A stretch of DNA of 64,000 nucleotides from Blasia pusilla. Taxonomy: Eukaryota. The number at the start of each line of letters is the position of its first letter. Position 1 is the first letter of the stretch. Positions 38,112 to 50,950 of this stretch are shown in pieces. A program made the translations under genes and the position numbers. Location of the stretch: assembly GCA_050084515.1 (NCBI GenBank), contig CM114271.1, positions 34,596,001 to 34,660,000 on the forward strand, written 5' to 3'. Under the pieces are notes generated by a model. It worked only from the letters and a program-made list of their open reading frames with translations. It had not been told where the DNA came from and made no database searches.

Positions 38112-38538
38112 CTCTCTCAACCATCACCGTATGTGAAGGGAACATCCGTCCGTAATTCACAGTCACTTAATAGGACGTCTAGAAAACAGACCTTAGGGTC
38201 GGACGTACAAATCCATAACTTTGGTGGAGTGGACGGCAGGGTCAATGCGGAGGTGCAGGTCCCCAATCTGAAAACTCCCAAGAATGGCGTGTTTTGCATG
38301 AGCCCCTCCCGAATCATAACCCACGTCCCAATAACACGCGGATGAATAGGCGTGAGGGGTAATTGAGACGCCCTAGTAAAGAGAGACCCACAATCTAAAC
38401 CGGATCCCAAACTTCAAAGAGGCTAGAGCATGGACTTCAACGGGGAATCGGGAGACAAGACGTCGGCACTCCGATATCTTCACAATCATGAACTTCCCGA
38501 AGATCCTCCTTATTCACCTCATCGCTCTCGGCTCCGAC

Positions 38539-38763
38539 CAGGGTCCGGGGAGTTTTTTCGTGACAACCGGTACATTTCCGGTCTCTACAAATCCGAGCGG
38601 CAATTTTCGAAGTTTTTTTCATTCCAGCCGGCTAAACAGGTACGAATAAAAAGGACACCCTCCCTGAACCTTCGGTTTTTGGCCGGTAAGTGACGACATG
38701 AATCGGAAATTCTCAGATTCTTCCGACTAGCTCAACACGTAACCCCGGTTCTCCCCGGCATTG
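38539..38763 (+). mobile_element. hAT-type MITE, copy A
   Basis: CAGGGTCCGGGGAG...CTCCCCGGCATTG, flanked by perfect 8-bp TSD GCTCCGAC (38531-38538, 38764-38771). Confidence 0.88.
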
Positions 38764-39543
38764 GCTCCGACGAGTGCGTTGAGCGTAGCGCCGATTCCCA
38801 ACCACCTTTTGCATGATTGCTTACTCGAGGACGCTGCGTATAATCAAGCAATCACCATCGATGAATGAGTGAGTTAATGAATGAATGAATCTCTCTCTGC
38901 GGGTTCGCACGAATACGCAGGACCGGCCTCACCCGTCGATGGGGAAGGCGACTTGATTCAGCCGCCCACCGCCCGCTTCGCTCCTGTGGAGCTCTGCCCG
39001 CACTGACTGCCGATCCGCTTTTCCACGAGAAGTGGTTGTCATGTCAGCTTCATCGACCTCGCTGCTTTTCGGACCTTTTCCGCCGTCGTAAGATTCCGTC
39101 CGTCACTCACTCATTCAGCGTCCGCACTCTTTCCTTCGTTCTCGATTCTCCCCATCCACCTACGGAGGCGGGGGATGCGCGGTCCAAAATTAGTCTGTCC
39201 GGTGACTCATCCTTCCAACGGACGGGGATGGGGACCGTCCGTCTCCGGACGCCGTCCGTCTTTCCAACGGACGGGATGGGGGCCGTCCGTCTCTCCACGG
39301 CGTCCGTGCGACCTCTCCATCTTCCGTCGCGACCACCCCATCCCGGGGCACCCGAACCTAAATCCTGGTCCGACCCAACTCGAGATAGGCGCACAGGGGC
39401 TACCCTATGCGCCTTGAATACGTTTCCGAAACAAACTATGGTTTTTATTAACAGGGACAGATTTCCCACGCCGAATCCGGACGTCATGGTTACGGAATCC
39501 CGTTTGAAGAAACGGGATTTTCTAGGATATGAGTATACCAAGC

Positions 39544-39594
39544 ATCTGTTGCATTATCATGTTGTTTCTTGAACAACATGATAATGCAACAGAT
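39544..39594. repeat. Perfect inverted repeat, 23-bp arms with 5-nt loop
   Basis: ATCTGTTGCATTATCATGTTGTT-TCTTG-AACAACATGATAATGCAACAGAT. Confidence 0.92.
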
Positions 39595-40479
39595 TGTACA
39601 CTTGTATTACACATGTGATCTCTAATCTCAATGACTCTTGCTATGCTATTGTTGATTTAGTTGAAGGTGATGTCCCTACTATGTGCTTCTTTTCGAAACT
39701 GGTTTTGATATTATTCGGGTGGGAGATGATACGTGACTTCTTGATCAGCAAACACACATGAAACAAGATTTTTAAATTTTGGTTAAAAAAACGTTAACTT
39801 TTTTGACAGACTGATGGGTTATTTCCCTAGCAGAGGTTGAATCCTAGTTGATTCTACGTGAGAAATAATGTTACCATCCACTTCTTAGTTCTATTTTGAA
39901 AGCTCAAGGGACGTTTCTTCCGCTCCTTTGAGATGAGAAAACGTCCCCATCTTTCATGTGGCCCCCCCCCCATACGATCCATTTGGTGCTCCACTATTAC
40001 AACCACCTTTAATGTTTTTCCGTCGTTTTATTTCTAGTTCCCTCTTTCTCCATGTGCACTACCGTTTCAAGCGCCTTTCTCCATGTGCACTACTGTCCCA
40101 GCTTCATGATCGAATCGGGGATGTATACTCGGTCAAGCCCCGACCGAAGACCTTCGGTTCAGGTGGGCAAAGCGCAAGATCACGGGCACCGAGAGCTCTA
40201 CTCGAGGGAAGAGAGTGAGAGAGGTAGCCGTTGCAGAACCTCACGATACCTGTACGCTCCTGACATCAACTCAATCCCTCCAGCTCTCCATGTACTTAAA
40301 GGAGCAGAATCTTCGAAGTAGAGACTTACATCCGAGGTCGGAAGCGGAGTCCCGGTTCGTACGCGCTGCTTGCCGTTCCTCTTTCTCGCGGGAGTGGGAA
40401 AATCTCGTGCGGATTGAGCGCGCGGATTCTACAGCGGTAAGACAGCAGGGCTCGGGGAGTCGAGACATAGTATTTGGCA

Positions 40480-41192
40480 ATGGCGACGAGCTTCGGAGTC
40501 GAGGTTGAGCTGGGAGTGGCAGCTGCTCGCCTGATGGCAGCGATGAAAGACAGTGCGACGTTGTTCCCGAAGATCGCCCCTGACTTTATATCCTCCATCG
40601 AGAACGTCGAAGGGGAGGAGGGAGTAGTCGGCCACATCCGTCTCGTGAAACCCGGAAAACGTAAATTCCTGTGGTCTAGTTTGAACAGCGTCCCATGGAA
40701 ATGCCGTCCGTCTGTCTCAAACTCGTTGCATCATTGTGTGCGATCGGAGTCTCGCCATAGTTCGCGCAGTAGCAGTGTTGCGAGTGCCCGGTACAGTTTC
40801 GCGCAAGAAATTGAACTGTGCGAAATGTGCTAGACGGCGACGTGAGCTCCTCCGATGACGTCCAATTTCTCATGAGTGGTATGTCTTCTGTTGTGGCAGT
40901 CGCTCCAGAGGGTGCATACGTGAAAGAGAAACTTCTGAGCTTGGACCCTGATACCTTGTCCATCGTGACCACTGAGGTGGAAGGAGGACATCTTATGATG
41001 GGGTTCACCAAGTGGCAGACTACAATGAAAACGGTTCCCCTGGGAGAAGAGAAAGTCAAGATGGTGATCAGCTTCGAGTACGAAGGTGGAGGAGATGCCG
41101 CCCACCAATCCGTCGAAATGGCAAAGGATGGCGCACAGAAATTGTTCAAGGGATTGGAAGCTTATCTGGTCAGCAGCGGCGCCTACCTTTAA
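40480..41192 (+). CDS. Bet v 1 / PR-10 (SRPBCC) family protein, 2 exons, 157 aa
   Basis: Exons 40480-40660 and 40900-41192 with a phase-1 GT-AG intron after codon 60, the typical PR-10 position. Protein: MATSFGVEVELGVAAARLMAAMKDSATLFPKIAPDFISSIENVEGEEGVVGHIRLV...YVKEKL...EGG...LFKGLEAYLVSSGAYL*. Confidence 0.88.
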
Positions 41193-43149
41193 GCCGCGCG
41201 CGCGCCACTCATCTACCCCCGTCCGTGGATTCTGATGAGTTTCACCAGTAGTAGGTTGGGACCATTACCACGTATCCTCGAATCTGTCTCGAAGCCGGGC
41301 AGTCTGAGATGTAGGCCAGCCAGCAGACATCGATCAATCGAGTCGCAATGCTTGTGATTTCCATTTTCATCTCTCCGACTTGTGAGTTTCCTGCCCCCAA
41401 GGTCAAGTCACGCCTACGGAATCTGCAGGAAGGGAAGCGTCCACTGGCAGTGTGAAGGCCTGGCCACTGATCGAGTTGACTGGACAGAAAAGAGTTTGGA
41501 GGTCTGGCCTTGTACTGTGATGTACATGTTGTCATCTGTAACCGGTCGTGTACAGATCAATGCAATCTCTTCTACTTCACTCATGAATAATTCCTTGCTG
41601 CGTCTGTCTAATGCGTGCTGGACTCTTTATTCAGAAGCTCGTATGACAGCCTCTCATGCGCTCTCGAATCACTCTCTAGACTGAAATTGGGGAAGTGTGC
41701 ATTGTGAATTGGGCAGAGGCAGTCAGTCCTGAAACAGAACAGCAGGGCGATGTCAATGACTGTCCACAAGTTTTGTCATGGGGATGGGACAAGGCTACAG
41801 ATGCGGTTCATAGTATCGGTTTTGGACGTGTTTCGTCTTCTTTGATAAACTCTTCCCATTAAATGGGTTGTCTAATTTTTCTTCCTTTTCCACACGAGTC
41901 TATTTTTTTTTATGAGAATTTTTAACTCAACTCCTTTCAAACAACATCCTTGTTCCTTCAACTCTTTATTTTCATGTTTTGCTCTTCCATAAATTTGCTC
42001 TTTAGGAATTCTTGAGTCATTTTTTTTACCATACAAATCATTTTGTCTTATCAATTGTTATTTATATTTCTTTCATAAATTGTCAATCATAAATTCTTGG
42101 TTGTCTAATCTTTCTTTATTTATTTAAATATATTATGGATTCATTTTGTTACGATGGTTGTCTTCATGCTTTTTATAATTATGTATCATATGGCATGTCT
42201 CTAATGGCATGCTTATTTGACTTTTTTGTCATAAAAAATTGCAGTTGGGATAATGCATCTTTTCATTTATTTGACTACATATATCCTACTGTAATCGTAA
42301 CCTTTCTTCCAGATATGTGCTATGCTTGCCACAGTTCCATCATATTCTTCTCTTTGCCTCTTCCTACTAAACTACATCTCAATCCATTATTATAGAACCC
42401 TACTATTTTCTCATCTTCATCATAATCTCTTTTACCATTATCTTCTCCCTTCCTCCTCTTTCCCCAATTTGTTTATGCTCACATCATTGTTACCACCTCC
42501 TCTCATTATATCCCTTCTCTTTTTGCATTTGTGCAAAACATTTGTTGCATATTTCAAGTTAAAGAATTTGTCCTTAATAGGGTAAAAAGACATCGGCGGC
42601 GTTGTTGATCCATGCATGGGCTTTCAATTTCTAATCCGATCCTACCTCTTATTGCAATCCCTAACAATTGCTTGGATGTGGTTAAGCCAAAATGATTCCA
42701 ATCCTTCTATCCTAGTCTCCCTCGTCTTAGATTTTACACTCGCATTCTTATTGTTCTTCATTCCATCATCCATAATGCACTGCTCTTTCCATACAAAGTT
42801 TAGTGCGCAATCCTTCACATATTAAAGTTTGGAATTTGTGATTACTCTTCCCACAATGAACTGAGTCCTCTCTCCAAGGGATGCTACGACATATCATCTC
42901 GAAAGTTCCACACGTATTGAAAGCTCTATGTATGGAGATTGGAAGAGTCTTCGAAATGAGCATTTATTTCGAGCATACGCCGTAGTTGCAACTAATTCCA
43001 CTCAACGTCCCAATTGTGGGAGGCCTTAAATACAACATCGTCTTCGGTAAAGGTTGCGTTTGGGGCAAGTTGATGAGTTTACATGTACAACCCGAACATT
43101 GAGTCATTTTTCTCCGGAGGTTCCAAATGCGGACAGAGTGGCTCTCTTA

Positions 43150-43830
43150 GAAGCTCTTCATCCTCTTGCAAATGGTTAAACACCACCTTTTGTGGAAGAA
43201 TGTAGAAAAGATATTGACTTGGAGGTTTTCTCAAGGGTTTTTCTTCATACTCCTCGCTTATTAGCAACAGGGCTATCGAAGATGGTTTTTGAGCATCTCC
43301 GCGATTGCTATATCTGAGTAGACTTAGCAAGTGGCTTTGTCGTCATGTATAAGATATGCACATATTGCGGTACGTCGCCTCCCATTCTCTATCTCTAGGC
43401 TCTTAGGGATTTGTCACTTATTGGCCATGGATAAGTTCTTCAGGTGTTCGCCCTTTGGCTATTGGAGAGGTTTTATACTGCTTGGTTGGTCGATTCTTGT
43501 GCTTGCACGTTCGTCCTCATTTTAGTGCCCACTTATTTTTTTCATTAATTTCGAGTGGTAACCTCTGGTGGTTGTGAGGTTGTGGTAGACGGGATTTGCT
43601 CCGTTCTTGATATTTATGTAGAGCGGATAGCAATTCAAGTAAATGTGCCTAACGTATTCAATTCAATTTTTGATGCGGCCATATTTGAGGAGTTACGTAG
43701 TGTTAGAGGACAACTTGCGAGTCTCATTCCATTTGTCCACTCCTTCTTTATCAATGATTTGCCCATTATCTATTCTCATCATGCTACTTTCGAGGAATTT
43801 ACTATTTTGCACCCTCGTCTCATTGTTCGT
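43150..43830 (+). mobile_element. Degenerate non-LTR retrotransposon RT fragment, CRE/SLACS-like
   Basis: Fragmented reading gives ..LAIGE.FY.LVGR..(F)GVVTSGGCEVVVDGICSVLD..IQVNVPNVFNSI...IFEELR, resembling RPIAIGE..FGV..GG.E..QVD..NAFNS of CRE-clade RTs. Confidence 0.55.
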
Positions 43831-44090
43831 TCATGTCTAACCAACCACTAGTGTTTTTGTCACATTTATTTCAAGCTATCAATCGCGTAGCTCGTTGAGT
43901 TGGTGTTTGTATTGGCTAGTTGCTATTTTCTTTTTGCATTCCATTATGCATTTTTTGACTCCTCTTTTGAGATATTACTACCTTTCTTTGTCCTCTTTTG
44001 AGGTTTATTATTATAAAAGGTTGGATGTTGGATTTGGATATGTATGTGATTACACACTGTTGTGTCCTCCTTAGCTTATAAGAACTATTT

Positions 44091-44137
44091 TCACTCACTC
44101 ACTCACTCACTCACTCACTCACTCACTCACTCACTCA
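44091..44137. repeat. (TCAC)n microsatellite
   Basis: About 11 perfect units. Confidence 0.95.
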
Positions 44138-45788
44138 ACGCACATATTAAATTACCTCTCAAAATTTTAATGAACTCTCAAAACTATCAAGAGTCATTTT
44201 AAATCAATGTCCAACGGGAAGCAATCTTAATGGTTGAAAGAGCCGAGTGATACGAGGCACTCTCCAATATTAGTGCAAAGAAACTAAAAATGGAATAGTG
44301 TGAGCAAGTAGTGAAAAATTTGTGGAGAATGCTATCCTAAATGGGTGACATGAATTTATGGGGCATGTTGTTGCTGACAATTATCATTGTACCAACACTA
44401 ACATCCTAATGTATTTGATTCATTTAGAACTTAATCCATTGGGAGTTCACAATAGGGATAAAATAGGAGAGCAAGTGTGATTACATACATAGGGTTTTAT
44501 CTTCACCTCAAATGGAAGTATCCCTAAAAAATTCTCAATTAATGACTTTCAATGTTCCCATCGTGACTATGTAATAAAGTATACATGTTCTAGAAGAGGA
44601 TTTGTGAATGTGATTTCAAGGAAATCTCACCATTGCTTTTGAAAAATTAGGACAATGTAGAAAGGTTACAATGCCTCGTGTAAAGTGGTTCCACAAAGAG
44701 TGAATGCTTAATCATATAATTATGATGAGATCTTGACAATGTGTAAAAGTCACCAATGAGAAGTATTAAATTCTGATTTTTGATATTTGAGGTGGGATTT
44801 CCAAGATAAAATTTTTATATTTCAAAACTCTCTCCTTATTTAAATTTCTTCTTCTCCCAAACTTTCTCCTTAGTGACTTGTACACACATGATACATATAT
44901 AGTTCTTCACTTCCATTGCATGTGAAAATGCGTATTCCACAATGGGAAATCAAATATATAAAAAATAGGGAGTTTTTTGGAAACAATAAGCTCCTATAAA
45001 TAGCCAAAATGGACTATAAACTAGGGAAATTCAAGCTTTTATAATCAAGTATTCCATCTCCTCAATAGATCATCTTTGATTTATTGAGATTGACACCTGA
45101 TCTCTCTAGAGATATCAAGCAGCGACTCTATGCTTTTATGGAAATGATGGGACAAACGTTGTACATATATAGATTGTTGTACAATACGCACTACTAGGGA
45201 TGAGAGGTGCACGCTCATAATTTTGGAAGTCCTTTTTTTGTGAGCAAGTACCTTGCGAGTCCACGTCATGTGAGCCATTTGTGAGTCTAATGCGAGTAGA
45301 GTCTAGTTTGCGATTGTTCCATATGTCGTGTGCATACACATCATTACACAACCCAAATCACAAGTCACATCTACACATCACACAACATCGATCTTCCCAA
45401 CACACGCGTCCATCTATCCATAAACCAAACAAGTCACACATATACATCAAGACCCCATAACATGAGAAAGATGCAAGGGGGCACTAGGAATTTGTTGTTT
45501 GCGGGTCAAGCAAGTTGCCTCGCTGGGAAGCCCTTGGAGATGCTGGTTGGTGTTTGCTTTGTCAAAATTTCATTCAGAAAGCCATGCGCGAAAGCGCTAT
45601 TCGTTTTTCGTAGAGTTTGTTGATGCAAATTGACGGGAGAGAACAGCAATGTAGCGACAGGAATGCTTGAGGGTATCTAAAAGGATGGCTAAGGCAAGAG
45701 AGTAAGAGTTGAGGCCGACGTAAGAGTGGATTCATACTTAGACGTAAGAGAAGAGGAAAGATGCGGCCTCGGAGGTCTCAAGGTGGAG

Positions 45789-46003
45789 CAATGATCGGGG
45801 AGATCCGGGGTTACGAGTAAGGCTAGCCGGTTAATTTTGAGAATTTCCGATTAATTTTAAAGCTACCTACGGAAAACCGGTTGGATTTGAGGACGCTCTT
45901 TGTATTTCGTATCTGCAAACCGGTTAAAAAACCGGAATTTCCGTGTCCGATTTACCATTCCCGGTAATGTACCGGGTCCCACGAAAAAACTCCCCGAACC
46001 CTG
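45789..46003 (-). mobile_element. hAT-type MITE, copy B
   Basis: CAATGATCGGGGAG...CTCCCCGAACCCTG (reverse orientation of copy A), with perfect 8-bp TSD AGGTGGAG (45781-45788, 46004-46011). Confidence 0.88.
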
Positions 46004-46586
46004 AGGTGGAGCGCAAGGGAGTGGGGGAAGAAGAAAGCGGGAGCTGATTTGGCAATAGGGGGAGCACGTAGGGGCATAGTGGGCGGAAGAGGTTGGGCAC
46101 GTGTAAAATGAAAGAGGAAACACGGGCTGAAGTGAATTCATGGAGGAGTAGCCACGGGCTCACAAAGGACTCGTGTGCGGAGTGAGCGGGGCGCGTGTCG
46201 GAGTAGGTATGGACTCTGAAGGAGTTTGGGGCAGTGAGTAGAGAGGCAACTTGAGAGTGTAGCTAGAGTTGGGGGTCAAGATATGTATCGAAGGATCACG
46301 CATAAGGGTGCGCGCCTGAGGGAAGGACGAAGGCAATAAGGGAGAGAGCACGAAGGGGCTTGAAGAGTTGAAGGTGCGGAGTTGAAGTTGCCGCTGTATT
46401 GGAGCCGCGGGGGCATAGGGACACAAGCTTCCCATTTGAAAGACAGAGCTAGAAAGCCGAAGGAGGGTAGTGAGAGGAGGAAGCGGAGACCGCCGCTAGG
46501 CAAGGGGCCAAGAGCCATTAAGGCTCCAAGGAGCCAGAAAGGGCCGAGGTCCAAGGAAGGAGCTGGGAGTATGGGGGTTAGCAAGG

Positions 46587-46789
46587 CAGGGTCCGGGGAG
46601 TTTTTTCGTGACAACCGGTACAATTCTGACATGTACTAGACCAAGTGGAAATTTTCGAATTATTCTTCATTCAGATACAAATACAAAGGAAACCTATCGG
46701 TTTCTGGCCGGTAAATGAGAAATTGAATCGGTAATTCTCAAAATCTTCCGGCTAGCTCAACACGTAACCCCAATTCTCCCCGGACATTT
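46587..46789 (+). mobile_element. hAT-type MITE, copy C
   Basis: CAGGGTCCGGGGAGTTTTTTCGTGACAACCGGTACA...CTCCCCGGACATTT, with TSD TAGCAAGG/TAGCAGGG (7/8 match). Confidence 0.82.
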
Positions 46790-48129
46790 TAGCAGGGCGA
46801 AAAAATAGGATGAAGCTGCCGCGTAGCTAAGAGAAGGTTTGAGGTTGGAAAAGAAGGTGGCAGGCTCCATAGGGAGCCAGAAATAATGACGGGTTGTGTC
46901 CAGAGGGACGATTATGGGAGTAATGCGAGTTTGGAAGGAGGAGAGAGTAGTTGTGCAGCCTAAGGGCGTCCGGATGACGACAAAAAAAATGAAGAGTTGG
47001 GAGTTTGAGGGAGAGATGTTGGGGGTAAGGAAGCCGAAAGAGGAGACACTTGGAGGAAGGGGAGACTGCCATGCGGGTGCATAGCCAAGGTTAGAGACGG
47101 GAGAGTCAAGGTTGAGCGGAGAGACTAACAAGTGGCCTGGAGTGTGAGGTGAGGACCAAGCTGTAGTACGGGTATACGGCCGTGTAGTGGCGTACGTGGC
47201 TAAAGGCATGAAAGCGCCATGTGGAAGTGAAATGTGGTAAAGGGGTTGGGGCGTTCTTGGTAAGAGTTGTGATGGAGTAAACGTCAATTAGTAGGTTGGT
47301 GAGCCGGACGTGGTTGGTTAGCTACGCGGTGAGGATATCGACGTAGTGATCATGAGTGGGATACGATGTTTTTAGGCTTACCATGTAGAGACGAGACATG
47401 GTTTAGGAAGAGTATGTGGTAAGAGAAAGACGAGTAGGAGAAGAACCTGGTAGGGTTGGAGCTATGTGGTTGAGTCGAACGAGGATAAGCCACAAACCAA
47501 GTTGGACGGGAGTTACATGGTTGGGCGGATGTGGTAGACGATTACAGAGTCCGGGGAGTTGATGTTATAGTCGTGGAGTTGCGACTGCGAGCAAGCGATT
47601 AGGCACACTGATAGTTGATGACGAAGTGGTAGTATGCTGATGTCGAAAGGTGGTCTGTATCCGTTGATAGGATGGTGTTGCGGAGGTTGCCGTACCAGGT
47701 GGAGGAGCTAGTGTTGACTATGGAGTAGATTGATGGTGGGCGTGTTCAGGTTACCCATTCAAGTCCCTTTTCCCACACTTGGCTTGTGTCATTGAGGGTG
47801 TTGGGTATTGGGTATTAGCTAGTGTTATGTGGGTATAGTCATGGTGACGAGTGTAGGCTCTTTTCATGTATAGCATGTTGGTGGATACATGGCGGTTTCC
47901 GAGTAAGGATCCTCATTATGACCCAAGAGTATGTTCGTGATTGAGAGTTATTCAAGAGGCTTAGGGTGAGCCCGAGTGGTGAGTGTGCGTGAGGCCAGGT
48001 GTGTCATCACGGGACTAGGACTAGCATATGTGAGCTAGTGAGGAGTGTGGGAGACTCTTAGTGAGTACAAGTGCTTGAGTAGGTGAGATAGGGTTCTCAC
48101 AACGGTGTTCTTTCACGGTTGGGAATAAT

Positions 48130-50950
48130 GGGGTGGTTCGAGTAGTGGTGGTGTGACACGGAGTGGAGTGAGATACCAAGGGGTTTTGAGTGAGGAGCTA
48201 CCTCGACTTCCATCCGTGGCTGGATCGTCATCACTACACATAGGGTCTGGTGACGAGACCGCAGACGGAGGCACTATCACTTGGCAGGAGATGGACCACA
48301 TGGGCCATGAGGGCATGCATCGTTTCTTGGGTTCAATGGGCACCATCGACTTAGAACAACTTCATCTAAGAGTTTGACACATGGTGCAACTTCCAAGATG
48401 TACGAACCCCTATGTACGCGGTTCAACCCTTTTATGGCATGGAAGAGTTTTTTCTAGCACTTGGAGGGTCCTCTCATGGATGATTACATGGAGTTCCAAT
48501 AGCTACACTCAGTAGTGATTGATTCTTGAAAGATGTAGTGAGCTTCCTAGGGATGTATCCACTAGTGGTCACAAGACATATGATGGAATAGTGAGGGCGA
48601 GAGGCCTACACCATCAGCTCGGGGACTGGATGGAGAGGAAGATATTGAGGTGGGTGAGGTGGTAGAGACCTCTGGTGATAGAGGGCCACCTAGTTTCAGT
48701 CCTACAATGGAGTTCTTTTGACAATTGGGGAGGAGCTAACAGGGCCTGCGGACTCACAAGCTAAAGAGTCTAGAGGATTTTCAGCGGAGATCGGATGAGA
48801 GTCTAAGAGAGGCGTTCCTATGCATGCAAAGATTGATCATTGCGATATATGGGATGACTAAGGCGCAGTTAGTATAGTATCAATACGAGATGCTAGACTA
48901 GGAGCTACAAAGGAGAGTTCGGGATGCGATGTTGCTTCATCTAGCAAAAGCCACATTGAAGGTGGTCTTCGAGTTGTTTGAGCGGGTAGAGCTCAAGATG
49001 AGTGAGGAGCAGGTGGTGACCACAAGATTTTCATGGGAGTCGATGAGTTTACAAGTAGGAGTAGCCCCACATGTGTCCCAGCATGCACCACTACCATGGG
49101 AGCGGGCTGATGGGCCTAGAGAGCAGGGCGGGTAGTAAGAGCGGATAAGGAAATAACTTGTACAGACAAGTGTTACCTAGCATGGACCAGGGTTGGCTTG
49201 TTGGATGAGTGGTGGGCCATATAGGCAGAGCGACTACCCACAACATGGGAGAGGGCTGAGGGTGCCTTTGATTGCTGAGGAGCCACTTTGGATGGCCCCA
49301 CCATAATTGAAGTGTGATCATTGTCACCAATAGGGTCACACTAGGATAGATGTTTTGATCTTCGCTAGGAGGTAAGTCCAGAGGTAGGCAAAGGACCTGG
49401 GGGCGAGAGAGTTGGTGGAGATCGATTAGTGGATGATTGTGGTGGTAGAGTTTCGTCACGAGTCACAGGAGATGGAAGACATGCACCCGATGCAAGGCTC
49501 CTTACTCGCATCGATCAGTTGGAGCAAAGGATTGCTGCCATGACGATGATGCAACTAAGGGTAGGCACAAAGCTTAGAGTAGTTAGTGTGGCTCCAACCT
49601 CCATATCTTACCATGATAGTGGTCAGGATTCTGCTGGTATGGGATTTATGTGTGGTGCCGCTCAGGTTGAGGCTGTTGAGATGTTGATCCAGGATGTTTC
49701 CAGAGTAATCAAGCCACCGAGAGGTGGGGTTGAAATTGACCCACCAGAGGGGACCGATGGACAATGGACAAAATTCCCTAATCGTTCATATTGTATTATT
49801 GTCGGAGGCTCTTTACACACCGTCAATGGTGCTTTGACGACCAATAGTGCCCATAGGTGAGGCAGGCGCGTTGACGTCAAGAGGAGTTGGAGAGACGACT
49901 CCTATGCCAACTCAAGTGGAGCCAGTGTCGAGCACATTTTTGTAGGTGGCCTCTAGGGTTAGCTAGGCTCCATTTTTTCTAACATGGAGTTGGCGACGAT
50001 GGGAGTCGGACCAGTGGAGGTGTTTTGGCTGGCCGTCACGTTGTGTGAGCGTGGAGAGGTGACTACTTCTTGTTTAGAGGCAGTTGAGGAGGTGATGGAC
50101 TTATCCTTGGAGCACGTACTCAGGACGTCCCCCACTCAATCATGGCATGCGACCGCCATAAAGTTGGTAAATATGCCAGCTAGGCGAGCGATAGAGCGAG
50201 CCATGATCACACCATGTGTGGTGTTGTTGGATAATCGAGCTGGAGTGTTTTGCTTGGTTCATCCCATAGGTACGGTGTACCACCCGTCAGTGCGTCCTAC
50301 TTGATTCAAGAGCGTAACCCTTGATATTAGGGAAGGCGGTGTGTTTGGTGTTAGGATTAGGGAAAGGCGACATTGAGCATTGTCCCTTTCAAATACAGAC
50401 CCCTATTGGGGGCGTATCACCCACGCAGTACATGACTCGGCAGGAGTTGGTGGTTAGACTCCAACCAGAGCATAAGACAGATAGTGCAAAGGCGCGCACT
50501 CGGGCGATTATAACACCGGCAGAGTTGTATGAATTATTGGTAGGGAGCGCGTATTATATCCCCTTGGTTTTATCTTGGATTTTTGGGAGGAGACGATTTT
50601 TATCGGCCAGGGTGGCGATTAGGTGATGGACAAGTGAGCCATCTATCGATGCTGTTTGCAAGGGGTAGTGGTGGTCGACCACGTGAGGATACAGTGACCA
50701 CATTGACAACATTTACAGGTGGTCTTAGCTGATTAGGAGATTCGGGGAGAAGAGTATACATGTAGAGGATATTCTTGTAGCTGATAGTCCCACGGAGAGA
50801 CATGCCAGGGTGGATGTCTCTTCCCATCATGCAGAGCTTCTTTATCGTTGTTGGGAATGAGCGTTGAGTTGCATGGAGTGGAGATGAGTTCGTGAGGCTA
50901 GAGTGGAGCCGTGCTTGACTGCCTGTGTCTTGGAGCAGATAGAGTGAGAT
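48130..50950 (+). mobile_element. Heavily decayed LTR-retrotransposon gag-protease region (Gypsy-like)
   Basis: GVTRSGVRYQG N-terminus and a gag-like segment (..F.HLEG..MDDY) homologous to the minus ORF 51535-51897. Aspartic protease remnant LLDSRA*PLILGK near 50295-50335. Many stops. Confidence 0.55.

Noticed and set aside
45789-46789. Single 1-kb element with 200-bp terminal inverted repeats
   Set aside because: Each arm has its own 8-bp TSD, so these are two independent MITE insertions in opposite orientation.
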